This document shows positions 10,026 through 19,466 of a DNA stretch of 64,000 nt, piece after piece; position 1 is the stretch's first letter; each line of letters starts with the position of its first letter. The notes beneath the pieces were generated by a model. It was not told the origin of the DNA. It saw only the letters and a list, made by a program, of their open reading frames with translations, and did no database searches. A program made the position numbers and the translations under genes. Source of the DNA: a bacterium (lineage in GTDB: Bacteria; SAR324; XYD2-FULL-50-16); contig JAVVEA010000006.1 in assembly GCA_032250835.1 (NCBI GenBank), positions 64,001 through 128,000 on the forward strand, in the 5' to 3' direction.

Positions 10026-10722
10026 ACCTGCGTTCAACCTTGCCGGGCTGCCTGGGGTGGGTAAGACCAGCTTGATCGAAGGGCTATTGAGCTTGCTCAA
10101 AACTCAAGGGAAAAACCCGGCGGGATTTAAACCCTTTGACGCTGGGCTGATTGCGGACAACGCCCTTGAGCGGCGCAGTGATTGCGAGCGGATCGCTGCC
10201 TTGATGAGCTTTGAGCCCGCCTTGGGGTTGATCACTCCATATACGGGCCACGAAGACTACCCTATTGAGCTGGCTCTGCGGCGTGATGGCACCCGGGTGG
10301 ACTGGAAGTTTTTGAACAGCCGGCGCAAGATTTTGTTGGAGCATTATGATCTCTGTTTGAGCGAGATGCCCGGCGGCTTAGCCACGCCGTTGACGGAGCA
10401 AAAATCGGTGATCGATTGGCTCAAGGAAACCGGCGACCCCTTGATTTACCTAATCCGCCCCGAGCCCAGCGGCCTGAACCAGATGTTGTTGGAATTGGAG
10501 CTGCTCAACCGCAGCGGGTTGGATTACCACCTGATCTTCTGCAACCTTGAGCGTAGCTTAGACGGAGATTGGATCTTTTATCAGTGGGAAAAGGCCGAAG
10601 CGCTGGCCCAGCGCCAAGCGATGGGTATGTTGCCCTTCTTAAAAGACCCCAGCCCAAAAGCGTTGGGCCAGGCCATTGAAACGCACCTGCCCAAGCTAGT
10701 GGAACTCTGCCTGGGGCTCTAA
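10015..10722 (+). CDS. bioD: Dethiobiotin synthase-like P-loop protein (divergent BioD)
   Basis: GVGKT P-loop, GFKP, EMPGGLATPL (cf. EGAGGLxVPL). Confidence 0.6.
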   Translation: MTTKPAFNLAGLPGVGKTSLIEGLLSLLKTQGKNPAGFKPFDAGLIADNALERRSDCERIAALMSFEPALGLITPYTGHEDYPIELALRRDGTRVDWKFLNSRRKILLEHYDLCLSEMPGGLATPLTEQKSVIDWLKETGDPLIYLIRPEPSGLNQMLLELELLNRSGLDYHLIFCNLERSLDGDWIFYQWEKAEALAQRQAMGMLPFLKDPSPKALGQAIETHLPKLVELCLGL

Positions 10723-11501
10723 CCTTTGGGTTCGGGCACCGGCATTTTGGGCATCTTTTTTAAGAACTTATCAAAGGCTAGGCCTTTATTCTTAAAGACC
10801 AAAGACCCGTCTCGGTAGAGGGCAATCTCTTGGCCTAGGCCTTTGCAGAAATAGACCGGAATCGTGAGCTTTTTCTCGTGCTTTAAGACTTCGGCCTCGG
10901 TATCGGTGACCACGCTGTTGGCGGTGCTGCCGTTATACTCCACAATGATCCCGGTCTTTTTCTTTTCCATAAACTGGCTCTTGCCTTTGAGGCCCGCCAG
11001 GGTTTTGACTGGAGACTTGCAGCGGCGCAGGGTAGTCAAAACGTTGGCGCGGAACTCGCTGTGGTCGAACTCGCCATTGTAAACCTGCACATCGTTGGGG
11101 CCAGTAAAGAGGGCGTATCCGTGGCCTTCGGGCAGCGGGGTCCAGTGCATCAAGGCCGAATCGCCTAAGCGCTTTTGGTTTTTTAGTTTTTCGTCGGGGC
11201 TGAGGTCGTTGGCCGGGTTCTTGGGCCTCTTTTCGGCCTTCTTATCTTTCTTCTCATCCTCTGCAGGCGGGGATTCGCCGGACCTAAGGTTGGAGTAGCC
11301 ATAACAAACCACCAAGTTGGCTAACTTGGTGATCCAACCGTTTTTAAGTAGGTTGATGAAGTCTTGCAGCTTGGCGCATTCTTCACAGTGGGTGTTGATG
11401 TTGACCACCAAGACCACCCCCTTTCCTTCTACTTGGGAGGCTAACGCATTGAATGCGTTGGCCGGGTAGTTCCCACCCAGTTGTTTGATCCGCTTGGTCA
11501 T
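10719..11501 (-). CDS. Hypothetical thioredoxin-fold CxxC protein
   Basis: VVLVVNINTHCEECAKL strand-CxxC-helix pattern. Confidence 0.6.
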   Translation of the reverse strand: MTKRIKQLGGNYPANAFNALASQVEGKGVVLVVNINTHCEECAKLQDFINLLKNGWITKLANLVVCYGYSNLRSGESPPAEDEKKDKKAEKRPKNPANDLSPDEKLKNQKRLGDSALMHWTPLPEGHGYALFTGPNDVQVYNGEFDHSEFRANVLTTLRRCKSPVKTLAGLKGKSQFMEKKKTGIIVEYNGSTANSVVTDTEAEVLKHEKKLTIPVYFCKGLGQEIALYRDGSLVFKNKGLAFDKFLKKMPKMPVPEPKG

Positions 11502-11628
11502 GGCCGACGCCCCCTATGATTGAATACCCGCTTCCTTGCAAATTAGGCGGTTTTTGACTAAGTATCAGGTTCGGTGAGGCTTGCCAAGCAGGCGCCTCAT
11601 GGGGGCAAAAAATGCAATCAAGCAGCTC

Positions 11629-12549
11629 ATGGACCTGATCTATAAACCCTTTACAAACCAAGAGCTGACTGGCTCCTGGGCCGTACTGATCGGGAATTTT
11701 GATGGCTTCCACCGGGGGCATCAGGTCCTGGCTCGGCGCTTGTGTGAAGAATCCAAGCGGTTAGGGGCCAAGTCGGCAATCTTGACCTTTGACCCGCACC
11801 CGAAACAGGTCTTACAACCGACCATCCCTTTTTATCAGCTTTATCCAAACGAATCCAAGTGGCGGCTGATCGAACAGGCCGGGCTGGATGCCTGTTTGAT
11901 TGCCCCCTTCACCCATAAATTTTCGGCCCTAGCCGCCGAAGACTTCTTAGACCGCCTCTTTCGGTACATTGACCTCAAGAAACTCTTGGTGGGCTATGAC
12001 TTTAACTTCGGCAAAGGCCGCGAGGGCGGTGCCCATCTGCTAGAGCAGGTCTGCCGTAGCCGCGGGATCGAGTTTGAAAAGATGGCCCCTGTCAAGTTGG
12101 ACGGACTGACCGTGAGCAGCACCATGATCCGCCGCTTGCTCTTTGAAGGCGATTTTATCTCGGCCGAAAAGTTCTTAGGCCGCCGCTGGGCCATTGAAGG
12201 CGCGGTGATGCCCGGCCACCGCAAAGGACATGACTTAGGTTTTCCGACGCTCAACCTGCCCAGTGCGGCTCCCTTGCCGCTTAGGCTGGGGGTTTACCAA
12301 TGTGAAGTGGCGCTGGGAGGAAAGTTATATCCGGGGGTTTGCAATCTGGGCTTTAAGCCTACCTTCGAAGGGCAGTCGTTGGTTACCGAGGCCCATCTCT
12401 TTGGGTTTGACCGCGAAGCCTACGGCGAGTGGATTCAGGTCTTCCCGATTAAGTTTCTGCGCGAAGAAGAACGCTTCGGCAGCTTCGAGGCCCTCTCCCG
12501 CCAGATCGCCGTTGATGTGGCGTTAGCCAAGGAGCTATTTGGGCGCTAA
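11629..12549 (+). CDS. ribF: Bifunctional riboflavin kinase/FAD synthetase
   Basis: IGNFDGFHRGH, VGYDFNFG, SSTMIR, LGFPTLN. Confidence 0.95.
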   Translation: MDLIYKPFTNQELTGSWAVLIGNFDGFHRGHQVLARRLCEESKRLGAKSAILTFDPHPKQVLQPTIPFYQLYPNESKWRLIEQAGLDACLIAPFTHKFSALAAEDFLDRLFRYIDLKKLLVGYDFNFGKGREGGAHLLEQVCRSRGIEFEKMAPVKLDGLTVSSTMIRRLLFEGDFISAEKFLGRRWAIEGAVMPGHRKGHDLGFPTLNLPSAAPLPLRLGVYQCEVALGGKLYPGVCNLGFKPTFEGQSLVTEAHLFGFDREAYGEWIQVFPIKFLREEERFGSFEALSRQIAVDVALAKELFGR

Positions 12550-13186
12550 ACTTCTCTTGTTGGTTTTTGCTCTCCTTTGGTCCACCCCCCTTTGGGCCGC
12601 TTGGCCCGATGGGCTAACGCTGGGCGGGTTGGTCCGCGCCGGGGGCTTTGCGCTAGATGGGCAAACTCAAGAACAGGCCCCAGCAGGCCCCAGTTTCCAA
12701 GAAAAACAGGCCGAAAACAGCCTGGGTTCTTACCTATTGGTGGAGCATTGGCTGAATCCGCTGTTCTTTTATGGTTATCAGTACCACCATTATTTACTGT
12801 CCATCGAAGGGATTGAAGAAACCGAAAGTATCCGGCTCAACGAGCATTTCTTCACCATTGGCGGCGCTTGGCGGCACCAAGACCGCCGCAATAGGGTCTA
12901 TAGGGTAGGCTTAGTGGCAGGGGTGGGGCAGGCGAGTTATAAAAACCAATATTTTCTCCACCCCTCTGATGGCGGTGAGGACCAATCTTGGTCCTTTAAG
13001 AGCCAGGGTAACTTGGTACGGCTAGAGCTATTTTTTCAGGCCCAAATCAGCAGCGGTTGGGGCTACCGGGCGGGTTATGCGACTCAGTCAGGGAAGACCC
13101 AAGGCCACTTGAACGGTTCTGCCGTGGATTTGTCGGCCTCACCCTTTTTGTCGATGACCCTGATCTGGACTCCTAAAGGCTTTTAA
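12539..13186 (+). CDS. Putative outer-membrane beta-barrel protein
   Basis: Signal peptide, alternating aromatic/hydrophobic strands, C-terminal F. Confidence 0.55.
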   Translation: MGAKLLLLVFALLWSTPLWAAWPDGLTLGGLVRAGGFALDGQTQEQAPAGPSFQEKQAENSLGSYLLVEHWLNPLFFYGYQYHHYLLSIEGIEETESIRLNEHFFTIGGAWRHQDRRNRVYRVGLVAGVGQASYKNQYFLHPSDGGEDQSWSFKSQGNLVRLELFFQAQISSGWGYRAGYATQSGKTQGHLNGSAVDLSASPFLSMTLIWTPKGF

Positions 13187-13320
13187 GAACAGCTTAATGT
13201 GATTGAGTCTGGATTTTTTCCTTACATTTTTCCTCTGGTCTAGTAGGCTGGGGCAGTTTGACCCAGAGGGTTAAAAAAATTTGCCCAAAATCCGCAAAAC
13301 CCCCAATCCACGCCCGCTGA

Positions 13321-14370
13321 ATGGAGCTGATTCTAGAAGACGGCGCGGTCTACTCAGGCCGCCACTTCGGTTACAAAGGTTCGGTCGCCGGTGAGGTGAT
13401 CTTCAACACCGGTATGGTCGGCTACCCAGAGACCCTAACCGATCCTTCCTATCAAGGGCAGATCCTGGTCTTTACCTACCCCTTGATCGGCAACTACGGC
13501 ATCCCTGAATCTCAGGTGATCGACCAGTTGCACCGGCACTTTGAGTCCGACAAGATCCACCTCAAGGGGATCGTGATCACCAGCCTGACCCGTGAGCCCT
13601 CCCATTGGAACGCGGTGCGGACCTTGGAAGACTGGATGATCGAATACAAGATTCCGGGCATTGAAGGCGTCGATACGCGCGCGATCACCAAAAGGCTGCG
13701 CGACAAGGGCACCCAACTGGGCAAGCTGGTCTTTGAAGGCAAGGACCTTCCCTGGTATGACCCGAGCACCGAAAACTTAGTCGCTCAGGTCAGTTGTAAG
13801 GAGCCGATCTTGTACGAAGGCGGAGCCAAACGGGTGATCTTGGTGGATAACGGCTGTAAAAACAACATCATCCGAAATCTACTCAAGCGCGGCGTTTCGG
13901 TTCTGCGGGTTCCTTGGGATTATGACTACACCGGCGAAAAATTCGACGGCGTCTTCTTAAGCAATGGCCCTGGTGATCCGCTTTTGGTGGACAAAGGGGT
14001 CGAGGTCTTAAAGAAGCAGATGAGCCAAGACAAGCCGATTTTTGGTATCTGCATGGGGCACCAGTTGATGGCGCTGGCCGCTGGGGCCCAGAGCTATAAG
14101 CTTAAGTTCGGCCACCACAGCCAAAATCAGCCCTGCATCTTGGTGGGCACTAAGCGCTGCTTCATCACCAGCCAGAACCACAACTACGCCATCGACGACC
14201 AAACTCTGCCGGCCGAATATCATCCTTGGTTTTTTAATGCCAACGACGGCAGCAACGAAGGGGTCAAACATGTCAGTAAACCCTTCTCCAGCGTGCAGTT
14301 CCACCCCGAGGCATGGCCCGGGCCGGTGGACACTGGCTTTTTGTTTGATCACTTTGTAGACTCACTGTAG
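13321..14370 (+). CDS. carA: Carbamoyl-phosphate synthase small subunit
   Basis: GEVIFNTGMVGYPE, LSNGPGDP, GICMGHQ, QFHPE. Confidence 0.97.
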   Translation: MELILEDGAVYSGRHFGYKGSVAGEVIFNTGMVGYPETLTDPSYQGQILVFTYPLIGNYGIPESQVIDQLHRHFESDKIHLKGIVITSLTREPSHWNAVRTLEDWMIEYKIPGIEGVDTRAITKRLRDKGTQLGKLVFEGKDLPWYDPSTENLVAQVSCKEPILYEGGAKRVILVDNGCKNNIIRNLLKRGVSVLRVPWDYDYTGEKFDGVFLSNGPGDPLLVDKGVEVLKKQMSQDKPIFGICMGHQLMALAAGAQSYKLKFGHHSQNQPCILVGTKRCFITSQNHNYAIDDQTLPAEYHPWFFNANDGSNEGVKHVSKPFSSVQFHPEAWPGPVDTGFLFDHFVDSL

Positions 14371-14379
14371 GGGCAGTTC

Positions 14380-17300
14380 ATGGAACCATTAGTCAAAAAA
14401 GTGATCATCCTGGGTTCGGCGGCGCTAAAAATTGGCGAAGCCGGTGAGTTCGATTATTCGGGCAGTCAGGCGATCAAAGCGCTCAAACAAGAAGGGATCA
14501 CCACGATCTTGGTTAATCCCAACATCGCCACGATCCAAACCTCAGACCATCTGGCCGATAAAGTTTATCTCCTGCCGGTAACCCCGGAGTTCATCGAACA
14601 GGTGATCGAAAAGGAACGGCCCGACGGAATCTTGCTCAGCTTTGGCGGCCAAACGGCGCTAAACTGCGGGATGGAGTTGGACCAAAGCGGGGTCTTGGCA
14701 AAATACGGTGTGAAGGTATTGGGAACGCCCGTCTCGGTGATCCAAAAGACCGAAGACCGCCAGGAATTTGCCGACGCCTTAGCCGAGATCGGCGTCTTCG
14801 TGCCCAAATCCAAGGCGGCGAACAACCTCAAAGAGGCCATGGTCATCGCCGAGGAGATCGGCTACCCGATCATGATCCGCCTAGCCTTCGCTTTGGGCGG
14901 GTTGGGCTCTGGGGTCTGCTGGAACGAGAAGGAAGCCAAGGATTTGGCCGGTAAGGCCTTCAGCTACACCAAGCAGATTTTGGTGGAAGAATACCTAAAA
15001 GGCTGGAAGGAAGTGGAATATGAGGTGGTGCGGGATGCCTATGACAACTGCATCACCGTCTGCAACATGGAGAACTTCGACCCCTTAGGCATCCACACCG
15101 GTGAGTCGATTGTGATCGCGCCGAGCCAGACGCTGAGCAACGCCGAATACCATATGCTGCGCGAGGTGGCCATCAAGACGGTGCGGCACCTGGGCGTGAT
15201 CGGTGAGTGTAACATCCAATATGCTTTAAACCCGGTCAGCGAAGAATACCGCGTGATCGAGGTGAACGCGCGGCTTTCGCGCTCTTCGGCCCTGGCTTCG
15301 AAGGCCACCGGCTATCCCTTGGCTTTTGTGGCCGCCAAGTTGGGTTTGGGCTATAGCCTAACGGAGCTAAAGAACTCGATCACCCACAGTACCATGGCCT
15401 GCTTTGAGCCTGCCTTGGATTATGTGGTGGTCAAAATCCCGCGCTGGGACTTAAAGAAGTTCCGCATGGTCAGCACCAAGATCGGCACCAGCATGAAGTC
15501 CGTCGGGGAAGTCATGGCCATCGGTAAGACCTTCCAAGAAGCCCTGCAAAAGGCGCTGCGGATGCTCGACATCGGTGCTTGGGGCTTGGTGACCAACCCC
15601 AACGAGTTGGGCTTTAAGAACAACCGGGAAGAACTGATCCAAGAATTGCAAGCGCCCACCGACGAGCGGGTTTTTGCCATCCCCCAGGCCCTCAAGCTGG
15701 GCATGTCCATCGCAGAAATCCACGACCACACCCGTATCGACCGTTGGTTCTTAAGCAAGATCGCCAACATTGTCCGGGTTGAGCAGTTAGTCGCTCAGTA
15801 CAACGGTGGCATCTGCCCCAAACATGTTTTGAGCGAGGCCAAGCGGGTCGGCTTTTCGGACCCCCAGTTGGGCCAATTGTTGGGCACCACAGAGCGCCAA
15901 GTGCGCCGCCAGCGGATCAATTACGGGATCGTTCCCGCCGTCAAGCAGATCGACACCTTGGCCGGCGAGTACCCCGCCCAGACCAACTATCTCTACCTGA
16001 CTTACAACGGTAGCGAAGACGACATCGTCTTAGGAGACAAGGAATCGGTGGTGGTGCTGGGCTCCGGTACCTACCGCATCGGTAGCTCGGTAGAGTTTGA
16101 CTGGTGCTGCGTAAATGCCGTTAAAACCGTAAAGGCCGAAGGCATCCGTTCGATCTTGATCAACTACAACCCCGAAACGGTCAGTACGGACTATGACGAG
16201 GTGGATCGGCTTTACTTCGACGAGATCCGCTTAGAAACGGTGATGGATATTTACGAGAAGGAAAACCCCAAAGGGATCATCGTTTCGATGGGCGGTCAGG
16301 TGGCCAACAACTTGGCCTTGCCGCTGATGCATTGGGGTGCTCAGGTCTTAGGTACCAGCCCGGTCAAGATCGACATGGCCGAAGACCGCCATAAGTTTTC
16401 TTCTATGCTCGACCAGCTGGGCATCGACCAGCCCCAGTGGCAGGAATTGACCAGCATCGACGCCGCCAAGACCTTCGCCGCCAAAGTGGGCTATCCGGTT
16501 TTGGTGCGGCCCTCTTACGTGCTTTCAGGCGCGGCCATGGGCGTGGCCACTTCTGACGAGGCGATGGAGTCTTATCTTTCTAAAGCCGCCCAGCTCAACG
16601 AAGACCACCCAGTGGTGATCAGTAAGTTTTTGACCAACTGCAAAGAGGTTGAGTTCGACGCGGTGGCCCAGAACGGCGAGATCATCAACTTCGCCATCAG
16701 CGAGCACTTAGAAAACGCCGGGGTCCACTCAGGCGACGCCACCCTGGTCCTGCCGCCCCAGCGCACCTATCTGGAAACGACCCGGCGGATTAAGCGGATC
16801 GCTAGCCAGATTGCCAAGGCTCTAGAGATCACCGGCCCCTTCAACATGCAGTTTTTAGCCAAGGGCAACAGCGTTAAGGTGATCGAGTGTAACTTAAGGG
16901 CCTCACGCAGCTTCCCCTTTGTCTCGAAGGTGACCAAACAAAACCTGATCGCTCAGGCGACCCAGGCGATTTTGGGGCGGCCACTGGAAAAACATACCGA
17001 CAGCTTCTTTGAGCTGAATTATGTGGGCGTTAAGGCCAGCCATTTCTCTTTCACCCGGCTTCTGGGTGCCGACCCGACCTTAGGGGTTGAGATGGCTTCG
17101 ACTGGCGAGGTGGGTTGTTTAGGCGACGACTTCCGCGAGGCGCTGTTAAAGGCCATGCTTTCGGTGGGCTATAAAATGCCTGTTAAGCGCATGTTGCTTT
17201 CCAGCGGGCCTGAGAAAAACAAGGTTGATTTCATGGATACGGTCAGTCAACTGCTGGCCAACGACGTGGAAATCTGGGCGACCAGTGGCACCCATGCCTT

Positions 17301-17583
17301 CTTGGCCCAGCATGACCTAAAGGTCAAGCTAGCGCCTTGGCCTGATGCGGCTCCCGAGGGGACCCCCAACGTGGTGGAAATCTTAGAGTCCATGCCCTTT
17401 GACTTGGTGATCAATATCCCCAAGAATTTCCAGTCCGACGAACTGACCCAGGGGTATCAAGTGCGCCGTCGGGCGGTGGACTTGGCGATTCCTTTGATCA
17501 CTAACTTACAACTGGCCAGCCGTTTCTTAGAAGCCGTCTTAGATAAGCCGGATTTAAAGATCAAGTCCTGGGACGAGTATTGA
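14380..17583 (+). CDS. carB: Carbamoyl-phosphate synthase large subunit
   Basis: EFDYSGSQA, two ATP-grasp domains, C-terminal MGS-like domain. Confidence 0.97.
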   Translation: MEPLVKKVIILGSAALKIGEAGEFDYSGSQAIKALKQEGITTILVNPNIATIQTSDHLADKVYLLPVTPEFIEQVIEKERPDGILLSFGGQTALNCGMELDQSGVLAKYGVKVLGTPVSVIQKTEDRQEFADALAEIGVFVPKSKAANNLKEAMVIAEEIGYPIMIRLAFALGGLGSGVCWNEKEAKDLAGKAFSYTKQILVEEYLKGWKEVEYEVVRDAYDNCITVCNMENFDPLGIHTGESIVIAPSQTLSNAEYHMLREVAIKTVRHLGVIGECNIQYALNPVSEEYRVIEVNARLSRSSALASKATGYPLAFVAAKLGLGYSLTELKNSITHSTMACFEPALDYVVVKIPRWDLKKFRMVSTKIGTSMKSVGEVMAIGKTFQEALQKALRMLDIGAWGLVTNPNELGFKNNREELIQELQAPTDERVFAIPQALKLGMSIAEIHDHTRIDRWFLSKIANIVRVEQLVAQYNGGICPKHVLSEAKRVGFSDPQLGQLLGTTERQVRRQRINYGIVPAVKQIDTLAGEYPAQTNYLYLTYNGSEDDIVLGDKESVVVLGSGTYRIGSSVEFDWCCVNAVKTVKAEGIRSILINYNPETVSTDYDEVDRLYFDEIRLETVMDIYEKENPKGIIVSMGGQVANNLALPLMHWGAQVLGTSPVKIDMAEDRHKFSSMLDQLGIDQPQWQELTSIDAAKTFAAKVGYPVLVRPSYVLSGAAMGVATSDEAMESYLSKAAQLNEDHPVVISKFLTNCKEVEFDAVAQNGEIINFAISEHLENAGVHSGDATLVLPPQRTYLETTRRIKRIASQIAKALEITGPFNMQFLAKGNSVKVIECNLRASRSFPFVSKVTKQNLIAQATQAILGRPLEKHTDSFFELNYVGVKASHFSFTRLLGADPTLGVEMASTGEVGCLGDDFREALLKAMLSVGYKMPVKRMLLSSGPEKNKVDFMDTVSQLLANDVEIWATSGTHAFLAQHDLKVKLAPWPDAAPEGTPNVVEILESMPFDLVINIPKNFQSDELTQGYQVRRRAVDLAIPLITNLQLASRFLEAVLDKPDLKIKSWDEY

Positions 17584-17752
17584 GCCGCTCCGCTCTGGGG
17601 TAAATGCCCAGGGTGGGGCTCTTGCTAGCATGAGCATTGGGGCCCAACTGATTCAGTTGATAGGGCTTGTTTTGAAAAAGCTGGACAAGGTTTCTATTGG
17701 AGTGTTAGGGTTAAGTACCTACAGAGGAAACCTTATTTATGGAGGAGGCCCC

Positions 17753-17833
17753 ATGAATCGACTAGCTGACGGCGTCATGTTTTTTTTAGCCCTCTGGGCA
17801 TTGGTCCTAGGTGCAGGTGTCGCTTACCTCTAA
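17753..17833 (+). CDS. Small hydrophobic peptide (26 aa)
   Basis: GGAGGAGG RBS, MNRLADGVMFFLALWALVLGAGVAYL, followed by a hairpin. Confidence 0.6.
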   Translation: MNRLADGVMFFLALWALVLGAGVAYL

Positions 17834-17836
17834 CTA

Positions 17837-17859
17837 GGTCGAACCCTGCGGGTTCGATC
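17837..17859 (+). terminator. Hairpin after small peptide
   Basis: TCGAACCC-TGC-GGGTTCGA inverted repeat; no clear U-tract. Confidence 0.45.
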
Positions 17860-18007
17860 CCCCTGATTCTTGGCATACTGCCTTGGCTTATGCGGTCAAC
17901 TCAGCTTGACCGCAGCAAAGCCGCTCGATTCTTTCCCCCCTTTAATTGCGGCATTGTCTTTTCCTGTGCTTTGGCATAGAAGAAAAGGAACCCAAACCTT
18001 TGCTGCC

Positions 18008-19459
18008 ATGATTCGGAAAGTTTTATTTACCCTGTTGATTTTATTGTTCTTTGTCCCGTCAAGCTGGGCGTTGGACCAAAGCACGGCACTGGATCAGGTG
18101 GCCCGCAAGCTTTTTGAAGGCGGCAGGGTGCCTAAAGACAAAAGCATGTCTTTAGAATTGGTCAATGAAACCAACCAAAAACAAGACCGGACGGCAAACA
18201 AACTGAAGTCGGCGCTGTCCTTGGCTCTGCAAAGACAGGGCTTTAAAATCTTGAGGGCTGACGAAAGCTTGACCGGCGTGGGATCAAGCGTGATTAGTTT
18301 GAAGGCGAGCTACGAAGCCCGAGGCGGGGAATTGGTTTTAACGATCCGCGCCCAACACATGACCAGTGGCGAAGTTTTTGACCAAACCCGAATCGCCTTT
18401 GCGCGTTCCGGTGCCAGCCGGGGCGACCTCTTTGCGGTCTTGGACCTAGAAGCTAAGGCGCTCAACCCCGCGCAGCGTAAGTTTTTTTCCGACAGTTTCC
18501 GCACCGCCCTGCGCCAGACCGGCCAGTTTGATATTGCCAGCAGCGCCGAGGTGGACAAGATGGACCCTGACTCAGTCCAAAAACAATTGGGCTGCACCCG
18601 CGATGAATGTGCCACGGTGATCGGTGAGCAGTTGGGGGTGGATCAGGTAGTCTCGACGGCCTACACCCAAATCCAAGGCGACCTATACGGCTTAACGGCT
18701 ACGGTGATCGACATCCACGGCGGACGCATCAGCGGCTCGGCAACGGTCAAACACCAAGGTGATTTGACGACTCTAGACAAAAGCTTGGCTGCCTTGGCCA
18801 AGGAACTGGCCAAGGAGTTTGAGGCTCCGGTACCCAAAGTAGCCGTCCCCGCTCCGGCGGTGATCCCGCCTCCCATGATGGCCCAAAGAAGGCCAGAGCC
18901 GGTGAGTGCTCCGTCCAGCGGCGGGGAATTCCGGGTTTTTTATATCGATGAAGCCACGGATTTTACCTTTGACTGGAGCCAAGGCAACCAGCAGATCATC
19001 AGCTATATGGGACCGGCCTACGGGATTCGGGGGATGGGTGACGCCTGGGGTACGACCATTGGCGTTTCTTCGGGGGAATTTGATCAGTTTAGCGACGATG
19101 GGGTAGCCCAAGAGGGCTGGATCGGTAGCATGTCTGGAATTTTTATGTCCATCGACCACTATTGGTATTCCTCAGGCGTGGGCCAGGGCTCTCAATTGGT
19201 GCTCGCTTTGGGTTTAGGCTTTGCGGCGCGCGATGCGACCCTGACCTTTGGCAGCAACGACCCCTATGAGTTTTCTAGCTTCAGCACCAACCTTACCGCT
19301 AGCTTGGACTACACGACTTCCTTCGGGTTCTTTTTTGGTGCCCACATGTCTACGGCGCTCAGTGACTCCACCGAGTTCACTACCTATACAGACTTAAACA
19401 GCAACCTCATCGCTTCAGACACCAGCAGTGCCGGGATGATGCTGGGCATTACGTTCTAG
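18008..19459 (+). CDS. Exported multidomain protein (CsgG/FlgO-like domains, Pro-rich linker, putative beta-barrel)
   Basis: Signal peptide from ATG 18008; AVLDL...QLGCTRDECATVIGEQLGVDQVV segment; ends LGITF. Confidence 0.6.
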   Translation: MIRKVLFTLLILLFFVPSSWALDQSTALDQVARKLFEGGRVPKDKSMSLELVNETNQKQDRTANKLKSALSLALQRQGFKILRADESLTGVGSSVISLKASYEARGGELVLTIRAQHMTSGEVFDQTRIAFARSGASRGDLFAVLDLEAKALNPAQRKFFSDSFRTALRQTGQFDIASSAEVDKMDPDSVQKQLGCTRDECATVIGEQLGVDQVVSTAYTQIQGDLYGLTATVIDIHGGRISGSATVKHQGDLTTLDKSLAALAKELAKEFEAPVPKVAVPAPAVIPPPMMAQRRPEPVSAPSSGGEFRVFYIDEATDFTFDWSQGNQQIISYMGPAYGIRGMGDAWGTTIGVSSGEFDQFSDDGVAQEGWIGSMSGIFMSIDHYWYSSGVGQGSQLVLALGLGFAARDATLTFGSNDPYEFSSFSTNLTASLDYTTSFGFFFGAHMSTALSDSTEFTTYTDLNSNLIASDTSSAGMMLGITF

Positions 19460-19466
19460 CTTTATC

